Shown piece by piece: positions 48,941-62,129 of a DNA stretch of 64,000 nucleotides. The notes under the pieces are model-generated. The model searched no databases, was not told where the DNA came from, and worked only from the letters and a program-made list of their open reading frames with translations. Location: NCBI GenBank assembly GCA_036785375.1, contig JAWMAR010000508.1, forward strand, positions 1,302,001 to 1,366,000, given 5' to 3'. Positions within the stretch are counted from its first letter, which is position 1. Each line of letters begins with the position of its first letter. This DNA comes from Leucoraja ocellata. Taxonomy: Eukaryota. The position numbers were made by a program, and so were the translations under genes.

Positions 48941-51900
48941 CTTGGACCGGAATTGTCTTCAAGCCAGGCCCAGTATTTTGGGCAGGATTGCCTTCCAGGA
49001 CAGGTGACAGATGGATGATGTCACTTATAACCATATAACCATATAACAATTACAGCACGGAAACAGGCCATCTCGGCCCTACAAGTCCGTGCCGAACAAA
49101 TTTATTTTCCCCTTAGTCCCACCTGCCTGCACTCATACCATAACCCTCCATTCCCTTCTCATCCATATGCCTATCCATTTATTTTTAAATGATACCTGCC
49201 AATTAACCTGCCTCCACCACTTCCACTGGAAGCTCATTCCACACCGCTACCACTCTCTGAGTAAAGAAGTTCCCTCTCATATTACCCCTAAACTTCTGTC
49301 CCTTAATTCTGAAGTCATGTCCTCTTGTTTGAATCTTCCCTATTCTCAAAGGGAAAAGCTTGTCCACATCAACTCTGTCTATCCCTCTCATCATTTTAAA
49401 GACCTCTATCAGGTCCCCCCTTAACCTTCTGCGCTCCAGAGAATAAAGACCTAACTTATTCAACCTATCTCTGTAACTTAGTTGTTGAAACCCAGGCAAC
49501 ATTCTAGTAAATCTCCTCTGTACTCTCTCTATTTTGTTGACATCCTACCTATAATTGGGCGACCAAAATTGTACACCATACTCCAGATTTGGTCTCACCA
49601 ATGCATTGTACATTTTTAACATTACATCCCAGCTTCTATACTCAATGCTCTGATTTATAAAGGCTAGCATACCAAAAGCTTTCTTTACCACCCTATCTAT
49701 ATGAGATTCCACCTTCAAGGAACTATGCACGGTTATACCCAGATCCCTCTGTTCAACTGTATTCTTTAATTCCCTACCATTTACCATGTAATTCCCTACC
49801 ATTTACCATGAAAATGGTAGGGAATACCTTCATCCAGGTTTAACTCATTTGTGCAGTACAGACTTTCAGAACAGCAATTTTTTGTTACGGTCTAACTATT
49901 GTTCTATAGGAGCTTCCTATAAAATGGTCACATGGCATGCATCGACCTCAAAGATGCATACTATTCGATGTCTATTCACTAAGAACAGGAGATATTTGAA
50001 GTTTAACTGGATGGCATAGCTCTGCCAAATGGGTTGACATCAGCTCCTAGACTATTGACGAAACTACGGAAAGCAATTCTGGGTCTACAAAGGTCTCAGA
50101 ACCACATAGTAATGGCATATTTGGAGGACATTTTCATTTTGGAGTCACCAAGAATTGGCAGAAGCAAACCAAAACCCTGATTGAAAGACTTGGTTACCTC
50201 ATCCATCCAGTTAAATCAAAATTGACACCTGCAAGGGTAATTGATTACCTAGAATTTACTATCAAAAACAGTAAATACGTTGGTGACTTTGCCTAGGGGC
50301 AAACAACAATATTTAATTAAGCCTGCTATGACCTGATAGTCAAATTCTAGCCATCTATCAGGCAAACAGCGAGTGTAATTTGCAAATAGTAGCTGCATTC
50401 CCAGTAGTATGGGCTTTTGCATTACCAGAACTTACAGCAAGCAAAGGAACGAACACTCAGATTACATGCAGAGAGTGGTGAATATCTGAAATTCTCTGCC
50501 ACAGACGGTAGTTGAGGCCAGTTCATTGGCTGTACTTAAGAGGGAGTTAGATGTGGCCCTTGTATCTAAAGGGATCAGGGGATATGGAGAGAAGGCAGGT
50601 ACAGGATACTGAGTTGGATGATCAGCCCTGATCATAATGAATGGCGATTAGTGCAGGCTCGAAGGGCCGAATGCCTACTCCTGCACTTATTTTCTATATT
50701 TCTATGATTGTAGTCATGTCTTGTCTTTCTGCTGACTGTATTTAACATGCGACAACAAGCTTTTCTCTGTAGACGTAATGAACTCAATTCCTTGTATTTA
50801 ACTATTGAGTCCAGTTGGTTATAACCACTGTGACCTGTGGTCATATGGTGAAATGGTTTATTCCCTTCTGGGCCTGCCTTCCATTCGTAAGATCACAAGT
50901 TTGTAAACCATCATAATCAGAGGTGACCTCATAATGTGCCTGGCCGGTGACCTCACAGTGAACTGCATCTGTAACCATGAGAGACGGGCTCCATTTCATC
51001 TGTCAATTTGAAGTGGGTGCACCAAACCCATTCTGCCAGGCATTGAAACAGCCGGCAGCTACTAGAGGTCGAAACTCTAACCTTCACAGTGTGGATCAAT
51101 AACCCAAGCAAGGAGCTTTGAGAATGCCGGAGAAAAAGGACAACACCAAGCAGACTTACAAGAGGAGATCTAAGGTAGATCTGAATCTGTTAATAGACCA
51201 AGATAAAAGATAGAGTGACTCAGCGGGTCTTATTCTTAAACTGTGACCCCTTGTTCTGGACTCCCCCTACATTGGGAACATAGGGGCGTAGGGCTCTTCT
51301 GCCACCTCTGAGCTTTTCTTTATGGGAGAGAATCCTATCCATCCAGTGACAATCCTGTCTCCAGTCTCCAACATTCCCCCAACCCCCCCCCCCCCCCCCC
51401 CCCCCTTCCCCATCCCCCCAGCCCCTACCCAGCCTCTACCCTCTCTGGACCTTTTTATATCCACTGTTGATGCAATAACTGTCTTCGATTCTCTACTCCA
51501 CTGGCCCACTCCAATGTGAAACGACGAATGTCAGGCAGCATCTGTGGAGAACTCGGATAGATGGCGTTTCACAGAGTGCTGGTGTAACTAATCGGATCAG
51601 GCAGCATCTGTGGAGAACATGGATAGGTGACGTTTCACAGGACAATGAAGCTAGTTGGATTAGGGTGGGGGAGGGATGGAGAGAGAGCTGCCTGTCGCGC
51701 TGAGTTTCTCCAGCATTTTGTGTCTATCTTCAGTGCAAACCAGCATCAGCTGTTCCTGCACATTTTGTCTTGCCCACATTGACCACATCTACACTAGTTC
51801 CTCCTGCCTGCATTTGATCCATATCTCTCCATACCTATCCTGTCCATGTACCCGTCAAGAGTCAAGATTATTTTATTGTCATATATCACAAAATGAACAA

Positions 51901-54873
51901 TTAAATACTGACTTACGATACGATAGAACATTATCTATCCAAGGAGGGAAATTGATCTGCCAACAGTCATAAAACACAAGATAAAGGCGGTCACGGTGAG
52001 CAGCGGTAATGTTGCTCCCTTACACCGAATGCAGCGCCGGAGACCCAGGTTCGATCCTGTTACGGGTGCTGTCTATACGGAGTTTGTACCTTCTCCCCGT
52101 GACCTGCGTGGGTTGTCTCCGAGAACTTCGGTTTCCTCCCATACCCCAAGGACGTACAGGTTTGTAGGTTAATTGGCTTCAGTAATATTGTAATTGTCCC
52201 TAGTGTGTGGAGTAGTGCAAGTGTACGGGATGATACGCAACTATTGTCTATGTTTATATGTCCTGTTTCTGTATTGTACCTCAACATAGAAACATAGAAA
52301 TTAGGTGCAGGAGTAGGCCATTCGGCCCTTCGAGATAAATTCTAGAGAGTATAAACCAAGTCTATCCAGTCTTTCGTCATAAGACAGTCCTGACATCCCA
52401 GGAATCAGTCTGGTGAACCTTCTCTGCCCTCCCTCTATGGCAATAATGTCCTTACTCAGATTTGGAGACCAAAACTGTACGCAATACTCCAGGTGTGGTC
52501 TCACCAAGACCCTGTACAACTGCAGTAGATCCTCCCTGCTCCTATACTCAAATCCTCTACGGCAAGAATGTCTTTCCTCAGATTAGGAGAGCAAAACTGG
52601 ACGCAATACTCCAGGTGTGGTCTGACCAAGACCCTGTACAACTGCAGTAGAACCTCCCTGCTCCTAGACTCAAATCCTTTTGCAATGAAAGCTAACATAC
52701 CATTCGCTTTCTTCACTGCCTGCTGCACCTGCATGCCTACCTTCGATGATTGGTGTACCATGACACCCAGGTCTCGCTGCATCTCCCCCTTTCCCAAGAA
52801 CTAAAGACAGAAATAGTGTGTGAATGGGTGATTATTGGTCAGCACGGACTCGATGGGCTGAAGGTCCTGTTTCTGTATTGTATCTCAAGAGCTAAACATA
52901 TACCTAGTATGTGAATGGGTGATCGGTGGCCGGCACGGACTCGGTGGGCCGAGGGGCCCTGTCTCAGCGCCGCATCTCTGAACTAAACTAAACTAAACTA
53001 AGCTCTCAGCAATTTCTTGTGGTCTTGAGCAGAGCTGGTCCCAAACCAGGATGTGATGCAACATAACACAGTTTTTTCACAATTCATGTGGAGAGGTTGG
53101 TGTGAGTCAATGGAGAAGTGCCGAACTTCCTTCATCTTTTGAGGAAGATGAGACATTAGTCCGCCTTATTGACCACAGCTTCAATGTAGTTGATGCAGGG
53201 TATGTTGTTGGTGATATTTACAGTCATGTGATAGTAGCAGAATTAGGATATTTGACCCATCAAGTCTACTCCGCCATTCAATCATGGCTGATCTATCTCT
53301 CCCTCCTAACCCCATTCTCCTGCCTTCTCCCCATAACCCCTGACACCCGCACAAATAACCATATAACAATTACAGCACGGAAACAGGCCATCTCGACCCT
53401 TCTAGTCCGTGCCGAACACATAATCTCCCCTAGTCCCATATACCTGCGCTCAGACCATAACCCTCCATTCCCTTCCCATCCATATAACTATCCAATTTAT
53501 TTTTAAATGATAAAAACGAACCTGCCTCCACCACCTTCACTGGAAGCTCATTCGACACAGCTACCACTCTCTGAGTAAAGAAGTCCCCCCTCATGTTACC
53601 CATAAACTTCTGTCCCTTAATTCTGAAGTCATGTCCTCTTGTTTGAATCTTCCCTATTCTCAAAGGGAAAAGCTTACCTATAATCTATTCTAATCTATAA
53701 GATCATTTCGTTGTCTCTGTACTGTACACTGACAATGACAATTAAAATTGAATCTGAATCTGAAGATCCCCTCTCAATCTCCTAAATTCTGGTTTATACT
53801 CTCTAGAATTTAGGAAAGTAGGCATGCAGGTGCAGCAGGCAGTAAAGAAAACGAATGGTATGTTAGCTTTCATAGCAAAAGGATGTGAGTATAGGAGCAG
53901 GGAGGTTCTACTGCAGTTGTACAGGGTCTTGGTGAGACCACACCTGGAGTATTGCGTACAGTTTTGGTCTCCAAATCTGAGGAAGGACATTATTGCCATC
54001 GAGGGAGTGCAGAGAAGGTTCACCAGACTGATTCCTGGGATGTCAGGACTGTCTTATGAAGAAAGACTGGATAGACTTGGTTTATACTCTCTAGAATTTA
54101 GGAGACTGAGAGGGGATCTTATAGAAACTTACAAAATTCTTAAGGGGTTGGACAGGCTAGATGCAGGAAGATTTCTCCCGATGTTGGGGAAGTCCAGGAC
54201 AAGAGGTCACAGCTTAAGGATAAGGGGAAAATCCTTTAAAACCGAGATGAGAAGAACTTTTTTCACACAGAGAGTGGTGAATCTCTGGAACGCTCTGCCA
54301 CAGAGGGTAGTCGAGGCCAGTTCATTGGCTATATTTAAGAGGGAGTTAGATGTGGCCCTTGTGGCTAAGGGGATCAGAGGGTATGGAGAGAAGGCAGGTA
54401 CGGGATACTGAGTTGGATGATCAGCCATGATCATATTGAATGGCGAATGGTGCAGGCTCGAAGGGCCGAATGGCCTACTCCTGCACCTAATTTCTATGTT
54501 TCTATGTTTCTAATCAACAATCTATCTATCTCAGCCTTAAAAATATCCACTGACTTGCTCTCCACAGCCTGCTATGGCAAAGAATTCCACAGATTCACCA
54601 CCCACTGACTAAAGAGAGAACTAGTGTGTGAACGGGTGATCGATAGTCAGCGTGGACTCGATGGGCTGAAGGCCTGTATTCGCTCTGTATCTCTAAACTG
54701 AACTGAACTAAATTATATGTTACTAAAGTAAACTTTATTGTCAATTCAATTATGCAACAGTAGTTACACAGAGGATCGAAATTACGTTTCCCCATACTCC
54801 AAATGTGCAAGTAATATTAAAAACACAGCTAGACAACATATCAATAAAAATAGACAATAGACATACATTATTT
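48941..54873 (+). repeat. Direct repeat copy 2 (~5.9 kb) right of the L1
   Basis: Starts cttggaccggaattgtc and ends gacatacattattt, as copy 1 does. Confidence 0.95.
51987..52240 (+). mobile_element. HE1-like V-SINE
   Basis: ggcggtcacggtgagcagcggt..ggttcgatcc..ggagtttgtaccttctccccgtg. Confidence 0.75.
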
Positions 54874-56396
54874 AAAATATTAAAATATTCACAGTATGCC
54901 AAATGTAGCAAAACCTTTGAGGTATTTTAAACAGGGTGCAACAATGAAAGGTGCAATATAGAAAAAGTGCAAATTCCTTACTGGAGACATTGAGCCAAAG
55001 TTATTTTCACAGTTTGTTGTCTTTGTTTGGGTACTGTTCATGGAATTTTCTTAAGTGTGTTGAGTAGTCTGATGGCCTGAGGTAAAAAGCTGTTTTTGAA
55101 TCTGGTGGTTTTGCTCTGCATGCTGCGGTAGCGCTTACCGGAAGGTAGGAGGGTGAACAGTTTGTGTGCTGGGTGGGTGGTGTCTTTGATGATATTGCTT
55201 GCTCTCTTGTGACAGCAAGATGGGTATAGGTCCTGGATTGCTGGTTGGGGTGATCTGGTGATCTTCTCCGCTGTCCTCACCACTCTCTGTAGGGCCTTCT
55301 GGTCAGCAGCAGAGCAACTGCTATACCAGACTGAGAGACTGCTGGTAAGAATGCTCTCAATGGCACCCCTGTAAAAAGTCGTGAGGGCAGAAGGGGGGAG
55401 GTCAGCTCTCCTCATCCGTCGAAGGAAGTGGAGGCGTTGCTGTGCCTTCTTGACTAGGGAGATGGTGTTGGTGGACTATGTCTGATCATCTGGGGCGCTG
55501 TTCTGGCAGCAGCCATGGCAGCAGCGCGTCAGCCTTTCAATTTTATTTTTTATTTTTAGTATGTTTTAAAGTGTGTATTTAGTGGGGTTTTGTGTGTTTT
55601 GTGTGGGGGTGGTATGGGGGTGGGGGGGGTAAGGGGGAAACCGCTTCGGTCGCCTCCTCCATGGAGAGGCGACTTTTTCCAGGTCGCCTCCCGCGTGGCC
55701 TACCATCAAGGATCGGCGAGGTCTTTCCCGGAGACGTGCCCGGGGCTTCAGCGGCAGGCGCAGCGTGGACTCGGCGTGGAGCGGGTGAGCCCTCGCTGGG
55801 GCTCGCCGGACGGGAGTGCTCCATTTCACTGGCCCGGGGCAGCCGGCAGCCTGAAGTCGCAGCCTGAAGCCGCGGTCTGCAGAGTTCCAGCTGCTGCGGC
55901 GTCTACAGCCCGGGATCCGTCGTGGGGGACCCGGGGGAAGAAGAAGCCTCCATTGCCGGCCCGTGGATAACTTCTACCGCGGGCCCGGCATGGACTTACC
56001 ATCACCCCTGGAGGGGAGCTTCGACCGCCGGCCCTGCAGTCTACGGTGCTTCTAGCTGTGGCAGGGACTTTAAATCTCAACCGCCGGCCTGCGGCCTACA
56101 CAATCTTGAAGCCGCGGTCTCCGGTGAGGAAAGACCGATCCTGGACTGGACCCTGGACTCTGGTCCGGTCCACTGGGGGGGGGGGGGGGATGGAGGAGGA
56201 CGGCCAAAAATTTGTGTGCCTTCCACCACAGTGATGAATGCTGTGGTGGATGTTTATGTTACATGTTGTGTCCTGTTTATGCATTTTAGTATTTTGTTAA
56301 CCCATCTTTTCTGCTTTGTATGGAACTGATTTTTAAATTATGTAAAGCACTTTGGGGTCAATGAAAATTGACTATAAATGTGCTATATACATAAAC

Positions 56397-56457
<61 letters not shown>

Positions 56458-56560
56458 CTGTGATGTGCACTCCCAGGAACTTGGTGCTTTTCACAGACTC
56501 CACTGCACTGCCATTGATGGTGAGTGGGGTGTGTGTTGTCTGTTTCTTCCTGAAGTCCAC
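54730..56560 (-). mobile_element. Rex1-like LINE fragment interrupted by retroposon copy D
   Basis: DFRKKQ..INGSAVESVKSTKFLGVHITD|insertion|..FYRGAIESILT..WY..LQRVVRTAEKI. Confidence 0.85.
55491..56456 (+). mobile_element. GC-rich non-coding retroposon (copy D) with L2-like 3' tail and (TTA)n
   Basis: 3' end tgtaaagcactttg..tataaatgtgctatatacataaac(tta)n; flanked by atctg. Confidence 0.7.
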
Positions 56561-56794
56561 AGTTATTTTGTTGTTATTGTACTTGCCTCAACTACTTCCT
56601 CCGGCATCTTGTTCCACATATCCACACAACCCCTCATCAACCTCTGTATGAATAGCCTCTTACTTCAACTTTAGCAATGATCAGCTTAGAACCAACCCTA
56701 AGCTGTTCCTCAGATACCTTCCCTAATTCATGAACCAGGCACCTTGTGGGAGGTAGCCACATGGCAGAACAGTAGCCGTTCATGTCAGTTGAGT

Positions 56795-57152
56795 TTAGTT
56801 TTCTAGTTTAGAGACACAGCGCGGAAACAGGCCCTTCAGCCCATCGAGTCCACGCCGACAATCGATCACCCGTTCGCAAACAAGTTCTGTGTTTAGTTTA
56901 GTGATACTGTGCAGAAACAGGCCCTTCGGCCCATGCTGACCAGTGACCAACGCTATCCTACACACACACACTTCGGACAAATAATTTTTGTTTTACCGAA
57001 GACTAATTAACCTACAAACCCATACATCTTTGGAGCGTGGAAGGAAACCAGATACCCCAGAGAAAATCCACGCAGATCACAGAGAGAACGTGCAAACTCC
57101 GTACAGACAGCACCTGTAGTCAGGATCAAAGTCGGGTCTCTACCGCTGCACC
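56795..57152 (-). mobile_element. HE1-like V-SINE
   Basis: Minus strand gtacggagtttgcacgttctctctgtg; (CTAAA)-type tail. Confidence 0.7.
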
Positions 57153-57431
57153 ATCATGCGCCATCATGTAACTTGGCAAAGATTAGCAGGAGGTCTAACG
57201 ATTGGGAAGCTTTTAAAAACCAAAAGAAGGCAACTAGATTGCTCAGGAGGTCATAAGTGATAGTAGAATTAGGCCATTTGGCCCATCAAGTCTACTCCCC
57301 CATTCAATCATGGCTGATCTATCAATCCCTCTTAACCCCATTCTCCTGCCTTCTCCCCATAACCCCTGACATCTGTACTAATTCATAATCTTTCTATCTC
57401 AGCCTTAAAAATATCCACTGGCTTAACCACC

Positions 57432-58305
57432 AGGTGGCGCTAGCAATGGCTGCCTCGCCAACAGTCTGTCTGTCCCTTCCTGTTTTGCTGTCTGTTTGTG
57501 TGTGTTAAATGTATGTTTTTAGTGTTCTTTAGCTTGTTTTATGTAGGGAGTGGGCGGGAGTTGTGGGAAACGTTTTATAATCACTTACCTCAACGGAGAT
57601 GCGATTTTCTTCCGTATCGTATTTCCGTCCGCACTGCGGTCTAACATCGAGGAGTTGGTGGCATTTGCATGAGACCGACTTCGAGAGGTGTACCCCGGGT
57701 GCCTGCAGGACTTACCATCACGGAGCTTACGATCCCAGTTGGGGTCAAGTTTGGGGCTCCACCCATGGGTGCCTGTGGACTTTAACATTGTGGAGCTTGT
57801 GGTCACTGGTTAGAGACCGACTTCGGGAAACTCCAAACCGCAGGAGCTTCGATCGCCCCGATGCGGGATCTTCCACCGCCCCGACGTGGGGTCTTCCACC
57901 GCCCCGACGCGGGGTCTTCCACCGCCCCAACTTGGGGTCTTCGATCGCCCCGACGCGGGGTCTTCGATCGCCCCAACGTGGGGTCTTCGATCGCCCCGAC
58001 ACGGGGTCTTCCACCGCCCCGTCGCAGGGTCTTCCACCGCCCCGACGCAGGGTCTTCGATCGCCCCGACGCGGGAGCTTCAATCCTCCCGACTGCGGATA
58101 GTTCGATTGCCCCGACCATGGGAGAATAAAAGAGGAAGAAGAAGTTTGGACTTTATTGCCTTCGGTCCCAGTGATGATCGTGGGGAGTCCACTGTGGTGG
58201 ATGTTTATGGTGACTTTTATGTAGTTGTGTCTCTTGTTGCTTTTTTTTGGTTATTCGAACTTCGCAGTACCTTAAATGGTACATGAGACAATAAACTGAC
58301 CTTGA
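57432..58305 (+). mobile_element. GC-rich non-coding retroposon (copy E) with internal 23-bp tandem array (about 57848-58115)
   Basis: 5' gtggcgctagcaatggctg; units gggtcttc(cacc/gatc)gccccgacg; 3' gacaataaactgaccttga. Confidence 0.7.
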
Positions 58306-58354
58306 AAGTTTGAATTGGCCTCCACTGCCATCTGCGTCAAAGAATTCCACACCA

Positions 58355-61300
58355 CCATATAACCGTATAACCATATAACAATTACAGCACGGAAACAGGC
58401 CATCTCGGCCCTACAAGTCCATGCCGAACAAATTTTTTCCCCCTTAGTCCCACCTGCCTGCACTCGTACCATAACCCTCCCTTCCCTTCTCATCCATATG
58501 CCTATCCAATTTATTTTTAAATGATACCAATGAACCTGCCTCCACCACTTCCACTGGGAGCTCATTCCTCACCGCCACCACTCTCTGCGTAAAGAAGTTC
58601 CCCCTCATATTACCCCTAAACTTCTGTCCCTTAATTCTGAAGTCATGTCCTCTTGTTTGAATCTTCCCTATTCTCAAAGGGAAAAGCTTGTCCACATCAA
58701 CTCTGTCTATCCCTCTCATCATTTTAAAGACCTCTATCAGGTCCCCCCTTAACCTTCTGCGCTCCAGAGAATAAAGACCTAACTTATTCAACCTATCTCT
58801 GTAACTTAGTCGTTGAAACCCAGGCAACATTCTAGTAAATCTCCTCTGTACTCTCTCTATTTTGTTGACATCCTTCCTATAATTTGGCGACCAAAATTGT
58901 ACCCCATACTCCAGATTTGGTCTCACCAATGCCTTGAACAATTTTAACATTACATCCCAGCTTCTATACTCAATGCTCTGATTTATAAAGGCTAGCATAC
59001 CAAAAGCTTTCTTTACCACCCTATCTATATGAGATTCCACCTTCAAGGAACTATGCACGGTTATACCCAGATCCCTCTGTTCAACTGTATTCTTCAATTC
59101 CCTACCATTTACCATGTACGTCCTATTTTGATTTGTCCTGCCAAGGTGTAGCACCTCACATTTATCAGCATTAAACTCCATCTGCCATCTTTCAGCCCAT
59201 TTTTCCAAATGGCCTAAATCACTCTGTAGACTTTGGAAATCCTCTTCATTATCCACAACACCCCCTATCTTGGTATCATCCGCATACTTACTAATCCAAT
59301 TTACCACACCTTCATCCAGATCATTGATGTACATGACAAACAACAAAGGACCCAACACAGATCCCTGAGGCACCCCACTAGTCACCTGCCTCCAACCCGA
59401 TAAACAGCCATCCACCATTACCCTCTGGCTTCTCCCATTCAGCCACTGTTGAATCCATCTTGCTATTCCTGCATTTATACCCAACAGTTGAACCTTCTTA
59501 ACCAACCTTCCATGAGGAACCTTGTCAAAGGCCTTACTAAAGTCCATATAGACAACATCCACTGCTTTACCCTCGTCAATTTCCCTAGTAACCTCTTCAA
59601 AAAATTCAAGAAGATTAGTCAAACATGACCTTCCAGGCACAAATCCATGTTGACTGTTCCTAATCAGACCCTGTTTATCTAGATGCTTATATATATTGTC
59701 TCTAAGTATCTTTTCCATTAATTTGCTCACCACTGAAGTCAAACTAACAGGTCTATAATTGCTAGGTTTACTCTTAGAACCCTTTTTAAACAATGGAACA
59801 ACATGCGCAGTACGCCAATCCTCGGGGACTATTCCCGTTTCTAATGACATTTGAAATATTTCTGTCATAGCCCCGGCTATTTCTACACTAACTTCCCTCA
59901 ATGTCCTAGGGAATATCCTGTCAGGACCTGGAGACTTATCCACTTTTATATTTTTCAAAAGTGTCAGTATTTCTTTTACTTTGAACCTCATAGTATCCAT
60001 AGCTACTCTACTAGTTTCCCTTACCTCACATAATTCAATATCCTTCTCCTTGGAGAATACCGAAGAAAAAAAATTGTTCAATATCTCCTCCATCTCTTTT
60101 GGCTCTGCAGATAGCTGTCCACTCTGTCTCTCCAATGGACCAATTTTATCCCTCGTTATCCTTTTGCTATTAATATAGCTGTAGAAACCCTTTGGATTGA
60201 CTTTCACCTTACTTGCCAAAGCAACCTCATATCTTCTTTTAACTTTTCTAATTTCTTTCTTAAGATTCTTTTTACATTCCTTATACTCCTCAAGCACCTC
60301 ATTTACTTCATGCTGCCTATAATTATTGTAGATCTCCCTCTTTTTCCGAACAAGATGTCCAATTTCCCTTGAAAACCAGGGCTCTTTACAATTTTTACTG
60401 TTTCCTTTCAACCGAACAGGAACATAAAGATTCTGTACTCTTAAAATTTCCCCTTTAAATGTCCTCCATTTCTCTTCTACATCTTTCCCATAAAACAAAA
60501 TGTCCCAGTTCACTCCTTTTAAATCATCTCGCATCGCATCAAAGTTAGCCTTTCTCCAATCAAAAATCTCAACCCTAGGTCCAGTTCTGACCCTCTCCAT
60601 AATTATCTTGAAACTAATGGTATTGTGATCACTGGACCCGAAGTGCTCCCCAAAGCATACCTCCGCCACCTGTCCCATCTCATTTCCTAACAGGAGGTCC
60701 AGCACTGCCCCTCCTCTAGTAGGTGCCTCTATGTATTGCTGCAAAAAACTATCCTGCACACATTTTACAAACTCCAACCCATCCAGCCCATTTACAGAAT
60801 GTGTTTCCCAGTCTATGTGTGGAAAGTTGAAATCTCCCACAATCACTACCTTGTGCTTACTACTAATATCTGCTATCTCCTTACATATTTGCTCTTCCAA
60901 TTCTCGTTCCCCGTTTGGCGGTCTATAATACACCCCTATAAGAGTTGCTACACCTTTCCCACTTCTCAATTCCACCCAAATAGCCTCCCTAGATGAGCCC
61001 TCCAATCTATCCTGCCAAAGCACTGCTGTAATATCTACCCTGACTAGCAATGCAACACCTCCACCTCTTGCCCCTCCAATTCTATCACACCTGAAGCAGC
61101 GAAATCCTGGAATATTTAGTTTCCAATCACAGCCCTCCTGCAACCACGTTTCACTGATCGCCACAACATCATATTTCCAGGTGTCTATCCAGACTCTAAG
61201 CTCATCAACCTTTCTTACAATGCTCCTAGCATTAAAATATGCACATTTAAGAAAACCCCCGTCTCTTATTCTCTGTTTATTTCCTTTTTTTTCTTTCTCC

Positions 61301-61693
61301 TCTTGTGTCCGAGTGCTTCCCATTTCTGCTTCCTGCCTCCCATTCTGTCTACCACCTTTCGCTATTTGAGTCCCTCGCCCCAACCATTCTAGTTTAAAGT
61401 CTCCCCAGCTGCCCTTGCAAATTTCCCTGCTAGGATATTGGTCCCCCTCGGGTTCAAGTGCAACCCATCCTTTCTGTACAGGTCCCACCTTCCCCAAAAG
61501 AAGTCCCAATGATCCAGGAACTTGAATCCCTGCCCTCTGCACCAGTCTTTCAGCCACGCATTTATCCTCCACCTCGCTCCATTCCTACTCTCACTGTCGC
61601 GTGGCACAGGCAGTAATCCTGATATGGTTACCTTTTTGGTCCTTTTTCTTAACTCTCCTCCCAACTCCCTAAATCCACCCTTCAGGACCACCC
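58355..61693 (-). mobile_element. CR1-A LINE, 5'-truncated in ORF1, ORF2 intact
   Basis: ORF1 C-terminus ..DGLHLNPRG..ETLN*; uninterrupted ORF2; GGTTATAT tail; near-identical to 15628-19776. Confidence 0.95.
58444..61391 (-). CDS. CR1 ORF2 (AP endonuclease plus reverse transcriptase), intact
   Basis: Open frame 58444-61572 with all APE and RT motifs. Confidence 0.93.
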
Positions 61694-62129
61694 TCTGACT
61701 AAAGAAATTCCACGTCATTTCCTTCCTAAAAGAACGTCCTTTAATTCTGAGACTGTGAACTCTCCCACTAGTGGAAATATCCTCTCCACATCCACACTCT
61801 CCAAGTCTTTCACTGTTCGGTAAGTTTCATTGAGGTCCCCCCTCATTCTTCAAAACTCCAGCGAGTAAAGGCCCAGTGCCGTCAAACGCTCATTGTATGT
61901 AAACCCACTCATTGCTATAAACCTCCTCTGATCCCATCCAGAGCCTGCACATGCTTCATCTGATATGGGGCTCAAAATTGCTCACAATATTCCAAATGTG
62001 GCCTGACCACTGCCTTGTAGAACCTCAGCATTACATCCGTTTCGTTTTATGTATATTGGTCGCTGGAGTTTGACTGCAATTACTTTCTCTTCCAGATCGG
62101 GTAACTGACGGGATATCTGGGATCGTACA

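Noticed and set aside
55630-55712. HDV-like ribozyme in the 5' hairpin module
   Set aside because: CCTCCTC and GGCCTA resemble HDV elements, but I could not assemble the nested double pseudoknot by eye in all copies.
56372-56674. Poly-L/I/N ORFs
   Set aside because: Translation of the (TTA)n retroposon tail.
57848-58115. 23-bp repeat array as a CRISPR array
   Set aside because: Contiguous tandem units with no unique spacers, no cas genes, eukaryotic retroposon context.
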